This document shows positions 1-8,428 of a stretch of 18,599 nucleotides of DNA, in pieces; positions within the stretch are counted from its first letter, which is position 1; every line of letters begins with the position of its first letter. The position numbers were made by a program, and so were the translations under genes. The stretch is taken from positions 1 through 18,599 of the forward strand of contig JBCCXZ010000066.1 in the NCBI GenBank assembly GCA_039190745.1, written 5' to 3'. The notes beneath the pieces are model-generated. The model was not told the DNA's origin. It searched no databases and worked only from the letters and a program-made list of their open reading frames with translations. This DNA is from Planctomycetota bacterium (GTDB lineage Bacteria > Planctomycetota > Planctomycetia > Pirellulales > Lacipirellulaceae).

Positions 1-296
1 ACCCGCTCCACGCGGAACGCCGACACCGACGGTTCACCGCTGACGTTCCCCACCGAGTACAGCACCGCCCCGCCGGGGTGCATGGCCAAGAACTCCGGCT
101 GCGAAGCCTCCGCCGCCAACTCCGCGGGGCCTAGCTTGCCAGTACCCGCGTCGAAGCTCGCGTGGTAAATACCCCGGCTCATCCCGCCGCGGGGGGTGGT
201 CGTGCCGATCCATACGTCGTACTGCTCCGCCGACATCGACTGAGCCCAAGTGACGAGAACCAATCCAACTGCCAATTGAATAGAGTGACGCCGCAT
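1..296 (-). CDS. Secreted lactonase family protein (6-phosphogluconolactonase/YbhE-like beta-propeller), 5' part only; runs off the window
   Basis: Hand-translated from ATG at 296 (not in the ORF track): MRRHSIQLAVGLVLVTWAQSMSAEQYDVWIGTTTPRGGMSRGIYHASFDAGTGKLGPAELAAEASQPEFLAMHPGGAVLYSVG. A signal peptide is followed by the family pattern xGT...S.GIY...FD..TG.L...P.FLA.HP...LYSV. Confidence 0.8.
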   Translation of the reverse strand, partial: MRRHSIQLAVGLVLVTWAQSMSAEQYDVWIGTTTPRGGMSRGIYHASFDAGTGKLGPAELAAEASQPEFLAMHPGGAVLYSVGNVSGEPSVSAFRVER

Positions 297-385
297 GCCG
301 CTGCCCCCTGATCGTACTAGTCCAACTACCCGAGCGATCAGTCGACCGGCCCAAGCCGCCGCTGTCCACCCCCGCGCCGCCGCAC

Positions 386-425
386 AAAAAAACCCGCCGG
401 CGACACGGGGAGCGTCGCCAGCGGG
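386..425 (-). terminator. Intrinsic terminator after the large membrane protein gene
   Basis: Minus strand reads CCCGCTGGCGAC-gctccccgt-GTCGCCGGCGGG-TTTTTTT: a 12-bp stem with one G-U pair plus a U7 tail, about 40 nt after the stop at 468. Confidence 0.85.
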
Positions 426-467
426 CCACTCACACGGACGGCCCCGCAGGACCGCCCGCACACGCAC

Positions 468-3032
468 TCACCTCCACTTCAACACGCGGAACACGCCCTC
501 GCCGCTGCGGGCCCGGTCGGGGATCGACAAAATCCGGTCGCGGTACACGCTCAGCAGCACCGCCGCGGCGAAGAACGCACCGCCGCCGGCCATCATGTAC
601 ACGGCCGTCGACTGCAACTGCTCCGGCAATCGCAGCAAGGCGGCGAGACTCAGCACGTAGCACGTCAGCGTCCCGGCGCCGCAGAGCGTGGTCCAGCGGA
701 TGCGGCACAGCACGCCCGAGCCAAGCAGAGCCAGCCCGACCAGCAGCACCCCGACCTCGTGGGCGGTCACCCAAGCCACACTCGAACCAGCGTCGAAGAA
801 CCGGATCGCCAAGAGCGCGATGCACGCCGGAACCGAAACCATGAGGCTGCCGACTCCGAGGTTCAGCGAGACGCCATGGTTCAGTTGGTCTTCTTCGGCT
901 TCCTTCGACCAACCAATGTGCCCCACGGCCAGCAGCACGGCGCCGATGGCCGCAACCAACATCTCGGCCCGCTGCAGGAAGTTCAGCGGCGTAACCGAAT
1001 TCAAGGCGATCAACAACGCCACAGCCTGCATCCCGGCCATCACGCTGAAGTGCCGACGCCAGTCGGCCTCGCGGGAGAGAAGCACAGCACCTACGGCGGC
1101 GAGCGACTGGACCGCCAACAGCCAAATCAGCCCCGCGGCAACTTCACCCGAAATCACTCGGGCGAGCGTCAGCAGCACCGCGCCGGCAGCCGAAACGGTC
1201 ACGCACGCCTGACCGGCAAACGCGAGCCGGGCGAACCGTTTCGTGCGGGCCAAACCGAGGCAGAGCAGCCCGATCGCCGTGGTCGCCACGATGGGGGCGT
1301 GCGCCATCGAGAAGCCCAACGCGAGCAGCAGCTCCCAAACCGCGAGGCAAGACCCGATCGCAGAAAGCGCCATCGTCGTCCGGCGGCGGGTCGCCATTGC
1401 CGACAAGCCGTGCGTCGCAGCCGTCGCCGCGAAGGCGAACCCCATCAGCAGGTTGAGGTTCTCGCCAGAGCCGAACACGGCCGCGAAGCAGCCGATCACC
1501 AAGAGCAGCGTCGCCCCCACGCCGGCCGCGCCGTACCACGGCGACTCTCCCGAGTGGTTCCGGTACCGCGCCCAGCCAGCCATCGCCAGCGGCACGAGCG
1601 CCTCGACCGGCAACCGCTGATGCACTTCTTCCAAACCCGCAAACGCAAGCCCGCCTGCAACCGTCAGCACGCCGACGACCGAAAGACAACCGAGGTGTGC
1701 CCGGACGCTTGAGACAAAACCTTGCCGGGCCTGCGTCCAAGCCGCGGCACCGAAAGCCGAGGCCGCCGACAGCATCGCCCCGAGGTACGCCAGGTCGAAC
1801 CCGACATCGCCCCCGCGATCGAACCAACCGAAGCCGGCCCGGGCGTACAACGCCACCGCCAGCACTACCAGCAGCCCGTTCAGCCCGCTGGCGACCGTGA
1901 CGCCCCGGCGGGCGATCGGCTCGAAGAGGTCTTCCCAGAACCGCTCGCCTTCGGCCGACGCCGTGTTTGACGATTCAGCGTCGCCGTCGCTCATCTCCAG
2001 CGACGGCTCCTCGTCTCGCTCACGCCGACGCCCAGCCAGGCTCGCCCCGATCGACACCACCGAAACCGCAACCATCACCAACTCGTGCGTCACATCCAGC
2101 TGAAGCACGTCCAACAGAATGACGAAGCTCCACAGCAGCGCGAGCGCCGCCGACCACACGTAGCGCCCCTTCGAGTCGACCACCACGATCGAGTACACGT
2201 ACGTGTAGGCGCCGGCCAGTGCGAGCGCGAGCGAAGTCAGCTTCAGTGAAGTCACCGTCGCCACGCCGGGCAGCTCGAAGCCGCGGAGGTCCGAGAGCAG
2301 CGGTTCGTACAACCAACCAGTCAGCCGGCCGCAGAGCAGCGTCGCCAACCCGGCAGCCATCACCGCGTGCCCGGCGCGGAAGAACGCCCGGCCGAACTTC
2401 TCCCGCGAGAAGTCGCCCGAGCCCGGCACGAACAGCCGCTCGGCGTGCACGAACGCCATGCCGAGCACAACGAGCAGGGTCGACGGCGCCGTCACTTCCC
2501 AGAACCGGTCGACCCGCTGGTCGGCCAGGATCAACAAACCGGTGAGCGTCACCCCGGCCACGAGTGTGTAGACAAACGCCGCGTCCCGCAGCAGCCACGC
2601 GACGCCCGCGTAGATCACGCAGCACACCAACGCCGGCGCCCAGAGGTGCCCGCCCTGGTCGAGCGTGATCAAACCCTGCGCGTCGTAGAACCACAGGTTG
2701 AGCGGCAGCAGCACGCAGCCAAGGAGTGCTATAGCCCGCCCGGCGGTCTGGAACCGCGTGTAGCGGAACATCGCGCAACCGCCGGCCAAGATCGCCGCGT
2801 TCCCCAAGCCCAACGCCACGGCCACCGTGATCGGGTTGGCAAAGAAGCCCACCGACCACAGCCACACGACCAGCCCCAGCACCAGCAGCACGCCCCCCAG
2901 GCTCATCAGCCCCTGCAACGCCTGCGGCGAGAGCATCAACTGCAACAGCCTCGCGGCGCCGGCCGCTTCTTGTCCCCGATCTCCTTCCACCGGCTCCGCC
3001 GCGGGCCCCGGTTTGTGTTCTTGCGTGTCCAT
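468..3032 (-). CDS. Large polytopic membrane protein of unknown function (~854 aa; possibly DUF2157-like at the N-terminus)
   Basis: Long ORF with roughly 20 or more hydrophobic segments, one acidic loop (RRRERDEEPSLEMSDGDAESS) and a basic C-terminal tail. Start moved to ATG 3032 (MDTQEHK), which has a GGGGAGA RBS and lies downstream of the sigma54 promoter. Confidence 0.85.
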   Translation of the reverse strand: MDTQEHKPGPAAEPVEGDRGQEAAGAARLLQLMLSPQALQGLMSLGGVLLVLGLVVWLWSVGFFANPITVAVALGLGNAAILAGGCAMFRYTRFQTAGRAIALLGCVLLPLNLWFYDAQGLITLDQGGHLWAPALVCCVIYAGVAWLLRDAAFVYTLVAGVTLTGLLILADQRVDRFWEVTAPSTLLVVLGMAFVHAERLFVPGSGDFSREKFGRAFFRAGHAVMAAGLATLLCGRLTGWLYEPLLSDLRGFELPGVATVTSLKLTSLALALAGAYTYVYSIVVVDSKGRYVWSAALALLWSFVILLDVLQLDVTHELVMVAVSVVSIGASLAGRRRERDEEPSLEMSDGDAESSNTASAEGERFWEDLFEPIARRGVTVASGLNGLLVVLAVALYARAGFGWFDRGGDVGFDLAYLGAMLSAASAFGAAAWTQARQGFVSSVRAHLGCLSVVGVLTVAGGLAFAGLEEVHQRLPVEALVPLAMAGWARYRNHSGESPWYGAAGVGATLLLVIGCFAAVFGSGENLNLLMGFAFAATAATHGLSAMATRRRTTMALSAIGSCLAVWELLLALGFSMAHAPIVATTAIGLLCLGLARTKRFARLAFAGQACVTVSAAGAVLLTLARVISGEVAAGLIWLLAVQSLAAVGAVLLSREADWRRHFSVMAGMQAVALLIALNSVTPLNFLQRAEMLVAAIGAVLLAVGHIGWSKEAEEDQLNHGVSLNLGVGSLMVSVPACIALLAIRFFDAGSSVAWVTAHEVGVLLVGLALLGSGVLCRIRWTTLCGAGTLTCYVLSLAALLRLPEQLQSTAVYMMAGGGAFFAAAVLLSVYRDRILSIPDRARSGEGVFRVLKWR

Positions 3033-3093
3033 CGTTTTCTCCCCGTGTGCGTGAGTGAGTGTTCGACCGGTGTGCGGCCGGCGATTCACCTAA

Positions 3094-3109
3094 AGCAACA
3101 GAGGTGCCA
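3094..3109 (-). promoter_or_regulatory. Sigma54 (RpoN) -24/-12 promoter of the membrane protein gene
   Basis: Minus strand TGGCAC-CTCTG-TTGCT matches the consensus TGGCAC-N5-TTGCW exactly and sits next to a divergent sigma54 activator gene. Confidence 0.9.
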
Positions 3110-3127
3110 TCAAGCGATGCGGAGATG

Positions 3128-3140
3128 TAACATGTTTATT
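3128..3140 (-). promoter_or_regulatory. IHF-like binding site
   Basis: Minus strand AATAAA-CATG-TTA has one mismatch to WATCAA-N4-TTR. It lies in an AT-rich patch between the sigma54 promoter and the candidate enhancers. Confidence 0.5.
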
Positions 3141-3156
3141 CAAATGGACTTAGGAT

Positions 3157-3177
3157 TCCACAAAACTGAATTGTGGA
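3157..3177. promoter_or_regulatory. Candidate upstream activator sequence (palindrome)
   Basis: Perfect inverted repeat TCCACAA-aactgaa-TTGTGGA, centred about 85 bp upstream of the inferred sigma54 start site (~3083). Confidence 0.55.
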
Positions 3178-3202
3178 GCAGTTGACGATCGGCAATCGAT
3201 CA

Positions 3203-3228
3203 TCTGATGTACACTTCATGTACACAGA
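3203..3228. promoter_or_regulatory. Second candidate enhancer or autoregulatory operator
   Basis: ATGTACAC occurs at 3207 and 3218 (11-bp period, each containing the palindrome TGTACA), flanked by TCTG and CAGA. Confidence 0.45.
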
Positions 3229-3256
3229 ATGACTGGCTCGGGGCCGAGGTCTTGAT

Positions 3257-4795
3257 ATGCAACTCTTCACCACCAAGCAGCGGAGCCAAGCCGAGGCCAT
3301 CTCCCAGCTGGCCTTCTCCAACCCCTTCCTCCCAGAACGGATCGAGCACGAGCGCACCCTGCTGGGCCCCGCGCACCAATCCGGCGACCCGGTCTGGAAC
3401 GTCGAATACACCGGCCGAGAACGACGCAACGTCACCCGCATCACCGAGATCACCAGGGCCGTCTCCGAAGCCGCCCGGGCCAAGCTCGCCGCCGGCCACC
3501 GCCCCTCCGACGCCGACGCCGCCCTCTACGCCGACCTCGTGCTCTACCGGCTGTTCGACCAAACGCGTGAGAAGCTCAACGCCACGATCGAAGCCGCCCA
3601 CCGCGGCGAGAAGAACCTCAAGCCGCGCTACTGGCCGCAGTTCGCCGAAGAAGCCCGCCGCTTCTTCGCCCCCGCCGGCGAGCCGCTGCCGGTCGCTTAC
3701 GACACCGCCCACATGTTCGCGTGCTTCTTCCAGATCCGCCGCGCGTTCCACCACGTCTTCAACTACGTCGTCGGCTCGTCGACCGCCGCCGCCGAGCTCC
3801 GCGCCGCCGTCTGGCGGTCGGTCTTCTCCAACGACCTCCGCAGGTACCACCGCAGCCTCTACCTGCACATGCACGACGTCACCACGCTCATCACCGGCCC
3901 CTCCGGCACAGGCAAGGAACTCGTCGCCCGCGCGATCGCCTTCTCACGCTACGTCCCTTTCGACGCCAACGCGGGCCGCTTCGAGCACCACTTCCCCGAC
4001 GCGTTCCAGGCCGTCAACCTCTCGGCCCTCTCGCCCACGCTGCTCGAGTCGGAGCTGTTCGGCCACTGCAAGGGCTCGTTCACCGGCGCCGTCGGCGAGC
4101 GCGTCGGCTGGCTCGAAGCCTGCGGCCCAGGCGGCACGGTGTTCCTCGACGAGATCGGAGAAACCGAGCACGCCGTCCAAGTGAAGCTGCTCCGCGTGTT
4201 GCAGGCACGCACGTTCCAACGGCTCGGCGAAACCGCCGACCGACGCTTCGAGGGCAAGATCGTCGCCGCCACCAACCGCGTCCTGCAGGAAGAGATCAAC
4301 GCCGGCCGCTTCCGCCAAGACTTCTACTACCGCATCTGCTCCGACCGCATCGAAACGCCCTCGCTCCGCCGGCAGCTGGACGACGCCCCCGAAGACCTCC
4401 GCCGCCTGCTGCTGTTCATCGCCGGCCGCGTCGCACCCGAGGAAGCCGAGCCGCTCGCCGACGAGGTCTGTGGCTGGATCGAAACGAATCTACCCGCCGA
4501 ATACCCCTGGCCCGGCAACGTCCGCGAGCTCGAACAGTGCTGCCGCAGCGTGATGATCCACGGCGCCTACTGCCCGGCGTGCCCCGAGGAAGAAACAGTC
4601 AAAGTCTCAAGCGACCCCTGGTCTGCGTCGGCCGAAGCCGCCCGCGGCGGCAGCCTCACCGCCGACCAACTACTCGGCCGCTATTGCCGCCACGTCTACG
4701 ACCAATACGGCAGCTACGAAGAAACCGCCCGCCGCCTCGGCCTCGACCGCCGCACCGTCAAACGCAAGATCGTCGAGCACACAAGCGACGCCTAG
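3257..4795 (+). CDS. Sigma54-dependent transcriptional activator (AAA+ bEBP) with an unrecognised N-terminal domain and Fis-type HTH
   Basis: Walker A GPSGTGKE, ESELFGH.KGSFTGA loop, Walker B VFLDEIGE, QVKLLRVLQ, IVAATNR, FRQDFYYR, WPGNVREL, and a C-terminal HTH SYEETARRLGLDRRTVKRKI. Confidence 0.95.
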   Translation: MQLFTTKQRSQAEAISQLAFSNPFLPERIEHERTLLGPAHQSGDPVWNVEYTGRERRNVTRITEITRAVSEAARAKLAAGHRPSDADAALYADLVLYRLFDQTREKLNATIEAAHRGEKNLKPRYWPQFAEEARRFFAPAGEPLPVAYDTAHMFACFFQIRRAFHHVFNYVVGSSTAAAELRAAVWRSVFSNDLRRYHRSLYLHMHDVTTLITGPSGTGKELVARAIAFSRYVPFDANAGRFEHHFPDAFQAVNLSALSPTLLESELFGHCKGSFTGAVGERVGWLEACGPGGTVFLDEIGETEHAVQVKLLRVLQARTFQRLGETADRRFEGKIVAATNRVLQEEINAGRFRQDFYYRICSDRIETPSLRRQLDDAPEDLRRLLLFIAGRVAPEEAEPLADEVCGWIETNLPAEYPWPGNVRELEQCCRSVMIHGAYCPACPEEETVKVSSDPWSASAEAARGGSLTADQLLGRYCRHVYDQYGSYEETARRLGLDRRTVKRKIVEHTSDA

Positions 4796-4810
4796 CACGC
4801 AACCAACGGC

Positions 4811-5536
4811 CTACTTGCCGGGCAGCCAATCGAACACACGCACGTCCTTGACCGTCGCTTCGAGCTTGCCAACCAACGCCATGTGCGTTTCGTGCTCGAT
4901 ATACTCGGCAAGAGCCGCCTCGTCGGCGAAGGTCACCAGGTAGCAGTGCGTGAACCCTGCGTCGAACGGCTCGACGCTGACGTTCACCCCGGCTTCGAAT
5001 GTCTGGATTTGTGAGATGCTCTCCGGAAACGCCCGGATCTCAGCGTCCATCTTCCGCACTTCCGCTTCCGTCAATTCGAGCTTCCAGCGGAAGAACACCG
5101 CGTGCCGCAGGGCGTCCTCCCCGAAGTCACCGGGCTTGCCCCAGTAATCCAGCACAAACGGCGTCTCGATCTTCCCGCCGAGCAGTTTGACAAAGGCCTT
5201 GTGCGCGGGGTGCGGCAGGTACTCCGCGCGCCCGGCCTCGTCGGCAAACGTTAGCAGGAAGCAATGCGTGTAGCCGCCGTCCATGCCTGACTTGCTGATG
5301 TTCTCCCCCCACTCGAAAGCTTCGATCGCTTCGATCTGCGACGGCAGCTCGCCGAACGCCTTCACAATCGCGACAACCTCATCGTCGCCGACGCCCTCCT
5401 TGAATTTAAAGAACACCGCGTGCCGCAGCACCCGGCCCTCTCCCCCAGCACCGGCCCCGTCCGCAAAGACGCGCGGCAGCGTGTGGGAAAAGAGCGAAGC
5501 AACAACAATCACAGTAATGAGGCTGCGAAACGTCAT
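4811..5536 (-). CDS. Dabb family (stress-responsive A/B barrel) protein, two tandem domains, with signal peptide
   Basis: Two copies of LRHAVFF.[FW]K...I..FE.G.N.S....GxTHC.L.TFADEA...EY..H..H, after a hydrophobic N-terminal signal. Confidence 0.9.
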   Translation of the reverse strand: MTFRSLITVIVVASLFSHTLPRVFADGAGAGGEGRVLRHAVFFKFKEGVGDDEVVAIVKAFGELPSQIEAIEAFEWGENISKSGMDGGYTHCFLLTFADEAGRAEYLPHPAHKAFVKLLGGKIETPFVLDYWGKPGDFGEDALRHAVFFRWKLELTEAEVRKMDAEIRAFPESISQIQTFEAGVNVSVEPFDAGFTHCYLVTFADEAALAEYIEHETHMALVGKLEATVKDVRVFDWLPGK

Positions 5537-5778
5537 GAGTTCTCCAAGTGAAGTCGTGCTCTATCCAAAACGAGGCAACACCCCCCGAGTGTAGCTTGAA
5601 CCAAGAGCCTACCCCGCACCGTGCTCGTTTGCACCAGGTCGCCGAACGAAACCCGTTTCGATGCGACCAGCAACACGCGCTACACCACTCCCGGTCGGCT
5701 TTCTTGACCGCGCCGTCGACGGCATCGATCAAGCAGCCCCCACTCCGGAGTCTTCACGAGCCCAAGCCCCGGCCGTGC

Positions 5779-7110
5779 TCACCCTGTGCCCAGCCGCTCT
5801 TGCAACGCCTCCAGCGAGACGCCCTTCGTCTCCGGGACCGCGACCAGCACCCAAACCAACTGCAACACCATCATCCCGGAGAAAAACGCGAACACCGCCG
5901 ACGGGTCGAACAGGTCGACCATCTTCGGGAACACCAGCGTCAGAAGCGCCGCGAACACCCAGTGCGTCGAGCACCCCAACGCCTGCCCCGCCGCCCGGTG
6001 GTGGTTCGGGAACACCTCGCTGATCAGCACCCAAATCACCGCCCCCTGGCCCACCGCGTGCGAGGCGATAAACGCGAAGATGCACGCCGGCACGATCGCG
6101 TACGCCCCCGACGCGAACGCCCACGAACACAGCCCCAGCGAACCGATGTACCCCAGCGAACCGACCGCCAGCAGCGTCCGCCGCCCCGCACGGTCGATCA
6201 GCCACAACCCGGCGAACGTGAACAACAAGTTGGTCACGCCGATGCCCACCGACTGCAGCAACGCCGCGTTCTCTTCCAGGCCGGTCATCTTGAAAATCCG
6301 CGGCGCAAAGTAGAGCACCGCATTGATGCCCGAGAGCTGATTGAAGAACGCCACAAAAAACGCCAGCAGGATCGGCCGCCGCAGCCGCGCGGTCCAGAAC
6401 CCGCCGTGCGAGCCCGCCGAACCGTCGGCCGCCTGGATCTCCGCCGCCAGCCGACCCGCCCCCGCCGCGCCCCCCTCGGGATCGATCCGCTCCAGCACCC
6501 GCGCCGCCCCCTCCAGGTCCCCACGCTCGCTAATCAACCACCGCGGGCTCTCCGGAATCCACAAGCACGCCAGGCTATAAACCAGCGCGGGCGCCGCCTC
6601 CACGCCCAGCATCCACCGCCAGGCGTGCTCGCCGGCCCCGCCCAGCAGAGCGTTCGAGAGGTACGCCGCCAGGATGCCGAACACGATATTGAACTGGAAC
6701 ATCCCCGTCAGCCGACCCCGGAACCCCGGCGGCGCGATCTCCGAGATGTACAGCGGCGACGCCACCGTCGCGACGCCGATGCCCACCCCGCCCAAAAATC
6801 GGGCAACCATAAACCCGTAGAAGCTCGCCGCCAGCGCCGACCACACCGCGCTCACCAGGAACAGCACGCCGATAGACTCGAGCGTCTTCTTCCGCCCAAA
6901 ACGGTCGCTCGGCCAGCCCCCCGCAACCGCCCCGAGCACCGTCCCCCACAGCGGCGCGCTCATCGCGAACCCGTGCTCAACGGGCGACAGCCCCCACAAC
7001 GCTTCGATCGCCTCCTCCGCGCCGGAGATCACGACCGTGTCGAACCCGAACAAAAACCCCCCGAGCGAAGCCGCCACGGAACTCATCAACAGCGTCTTGG
7101 AAAGCGTCAT
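5779..7110 (-). CDS. Sugar porter family MFS transporter (XylE/GalP-like)
   Basis: GGFLFGFDTVVISGA, SDRFGRK, YISEIAP..RGRL..QFNIVFGI, PESPRWL, NQLSGINAVLYFAP, DRAGRR and PETKG.SLE. Start moved to ATG 7110 (MTLSK). Confidence 0.95.
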   Translation of the reverse strand: MTLSKTLLMSSVAASLGGFLFGFDTVVISGAEEAIEALWGLSPVEHGFAMSAPLWGTVLGAVAGGWPSDRFGRKKTLESIGVLFLVSAVWSALAASFYGFMVARFLGGVGIGVATVASPLYISEIAPPGFRGRLTGMFQFNIVFGILAAYLSNALLGGAGEHAWRWMLGVEAAPALVYSLACLWIPESPRWLISERGDLEGAARVLERIDPEGGAAGAGRLAAEIQAADGSAGSHGGFWTARLRRPILLAFFVAFFNQLSGINAVLYFAPRIFKMTGLEENAALLQSVGIGVTNLLFTFAGLWLIDRAGRRTLLAVGSLGYIGSLGLCSWAFASGAYAIVPACIFAFIASHAVGQGAVIWVLISEVFPNHHRAAGQALGCSTHWVFAALLTLVFPKMVDLFDPSAVFAFFSGMMVLQLVWVLVAVPETKGVSLEALQERLGTG

Positions 7111-7231
7111 GCCCCCGATTCTCGCCGCGCCGGCAGTCTCTGACCAGAGCGGCCATCCCACCCGCCACGCCACGCCCGACCGATGCCACGCCCGTGCCCG
7201 CGAGGGCACGCCATCCTCAGGATGAAAAAAC

Positions 7232-7259
7232 TTGTCAAGCCGCCGTGGTCTGCTAACTT
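7232..7259 (+). promoter_or_regulatory. Putative sigma70 promoter upstream of the PEP-CTERM gene
   Basis: TTGTCA-N16-TAACTT with an extended -10 TG at 7251-7252. Confidence 0.5.
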
Positions 7260-7314
7260 GAGTCCAAACCCGCAAAGCACCCCCACGCACCGAACGCTAA
7301 TCTCGCACCACAAT

Positions 7315-7359
7315 AAAGCCGGACTCGAAGCCCCCGCGGCATCGAGCGCCGGCTTTTTT
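7315..7359 (+). terminator. Terminator-like hairpin inside a 5' leader (attenuator or sRNA end)
   Basis: Stacked stems AAAGCCGG/CCGGCTTT, CTCGA/TCGAG and GCC/GGC ending in a T6 run, about 50 nt before ATG 7412. Confidence 0.6.
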
Positions 7360-7411
7360 CGTGGCCGCTCCACAAAGCAGAACAACGAAAAACCCAACCG
7401 AACCAAACCCC

Positions 7412-8428
7412 ATGCGAACCCTCCTCCTCGCCGCCGGCCTGGCTACCGCGACAACCATCGCGACGACCGCCGCCCAAGCCGCCCCCCTCGCCGGCGGCCC
7501 CGTCCTCTTCCGCGACGATATGACCACCGCCGCCAACTGGTCCCTGGTCCGCTCCCCGACCGGCGGACGCATCCCCACCGACAGCGCCGCAACCTTCGAC
7601 TACGACTACTCCGCCGACGGCGTCCCCGAGGCCCCCAACTCCCAGCCCGGCGACGCCGCCACCGCCGGCGTCAAGCTCGAGGCCAACCACAGCGGCGCCC
7701 CGCCCATCAACGAAAACCTCCTCCGGCTCTACCCCGTCGGCCAGTCCTTCACCGGCGGCTACGTCTTCCGCTTCGACGCCTGGCTGAACTACGACGCGGT
7801 CGAGCGCAACGAAGGCGGCCGCGTCGGCACCACCGAACGCGTCGGCGGCGGCGTCGGCTACGCCCCCAACACCAACACCGTCCTCGGCGCCCACGCCCGC
7901 GCCACCGGCGACGGCGACGGCTTCCCCGACTGGCAGGTCTGGAACCCCGACCCCGTCCCCGGCCCCGAGTTCGCCGCCGGCTCCCGCCAGGGCGACGCCC
8001 CCTACTACGCCATGTTCCTCCCCGGCGTCCCCCCGCCAGCGGCCCAGAACCAGATCGGCCAGAACCCGCCACAGCTCGGCGTCGCCGGCTCCCCCGGCTT
8101 CCAGTGGATCACCTGGGAGTTCCGCGTCGACCTCGACCGCACGGTGAGCATCGCGATCGAAAAACCCGACGGCTCGCGGCTGCCCCTTTACAGTTTCATG
8201 GCCGACGACCGCCCCCTCGCCAGCCCCACCGACGGCCCCATCGTCCTTGAGTATTTTGATTTCTCAAACAGCGTCGCCGCCCGCCCCGATCTCACCTTCG
8301 GCCTGGTCGACAACGTCGTCGTCACCCGCATCCCAGAACCGGGCGCCGCATCACTCGCAGCCCTCGCGCTCACTGGCCTCATCCGTAGGATGGGTGACGC
8401 GCACCCATCACCCCAAAAGCGTGGATGA
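7412..8428 (+). CDS. Secreted PEP-CTERM sorting-domain protein
   Basis: Signal peptide MRTLLLAAGLATATTIATTAAQA and C-terminal IPEPGAASLAALALTGLIRR. Start moved to ATG 7412. Confidence 0.85.
   Translation: MRTLLLAAGLATATTIATTAAQAAPLAGGPVLFRDDMTTAANWSLVRSPTGGRIPTDSAATFDYDYSADGVPEAPNSQPGDAATAGVKLEANHSGAPPINENLLRLYPVGQSFTGGYVFRFDAWLNYDAVERNEGGRVGTTERVGGGVGYAPNTNTVLGAHARATGDGDGFPDWQVWNPDPVPGPEFAAGSRQGDAPYYAMFLPGVPPPAAQNQIGQNPPQLGVAGSPGFQWITWEFRVDLDRTVSIAIEKPDGSRLPLYSFMADDRPLASPTDGPIVLEYFDFSNSVAARPDLTFGLVDNVVVTRIPEPGAASLAALALTGLIRRMGDAHPSPQKRG
8385..8409 (+). repeat. GTAG-type REP-like hairpin within the 3' end of the PEP-CTERM gene
   Basis: GTAG followed by GATGGGTG-acgcg-CACCCATC (perfect 8-bp stem). 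Confidence 0.6.

Noticed and set aside
3200..4851. ORFs 3207..4184, 3721..4851 and 3200..3874
   Set aside because: They are alternative-frame or antisense readings of the GC-rich activator gene, with low-complexity S/P/R sequence.
5548..7143. 531-aa plus-strand ORF
   Set aside because: It is the antisense shadow of the sugar porter gene, R/P/Q-rich with no recognisable motifs.
7240..7310. Possible c-di-GMP-I riboswitch (CGCAAAGC)
   Set aside because: The P2 stem with its GAAA tetraloop and the matching receptor architecture are not present.
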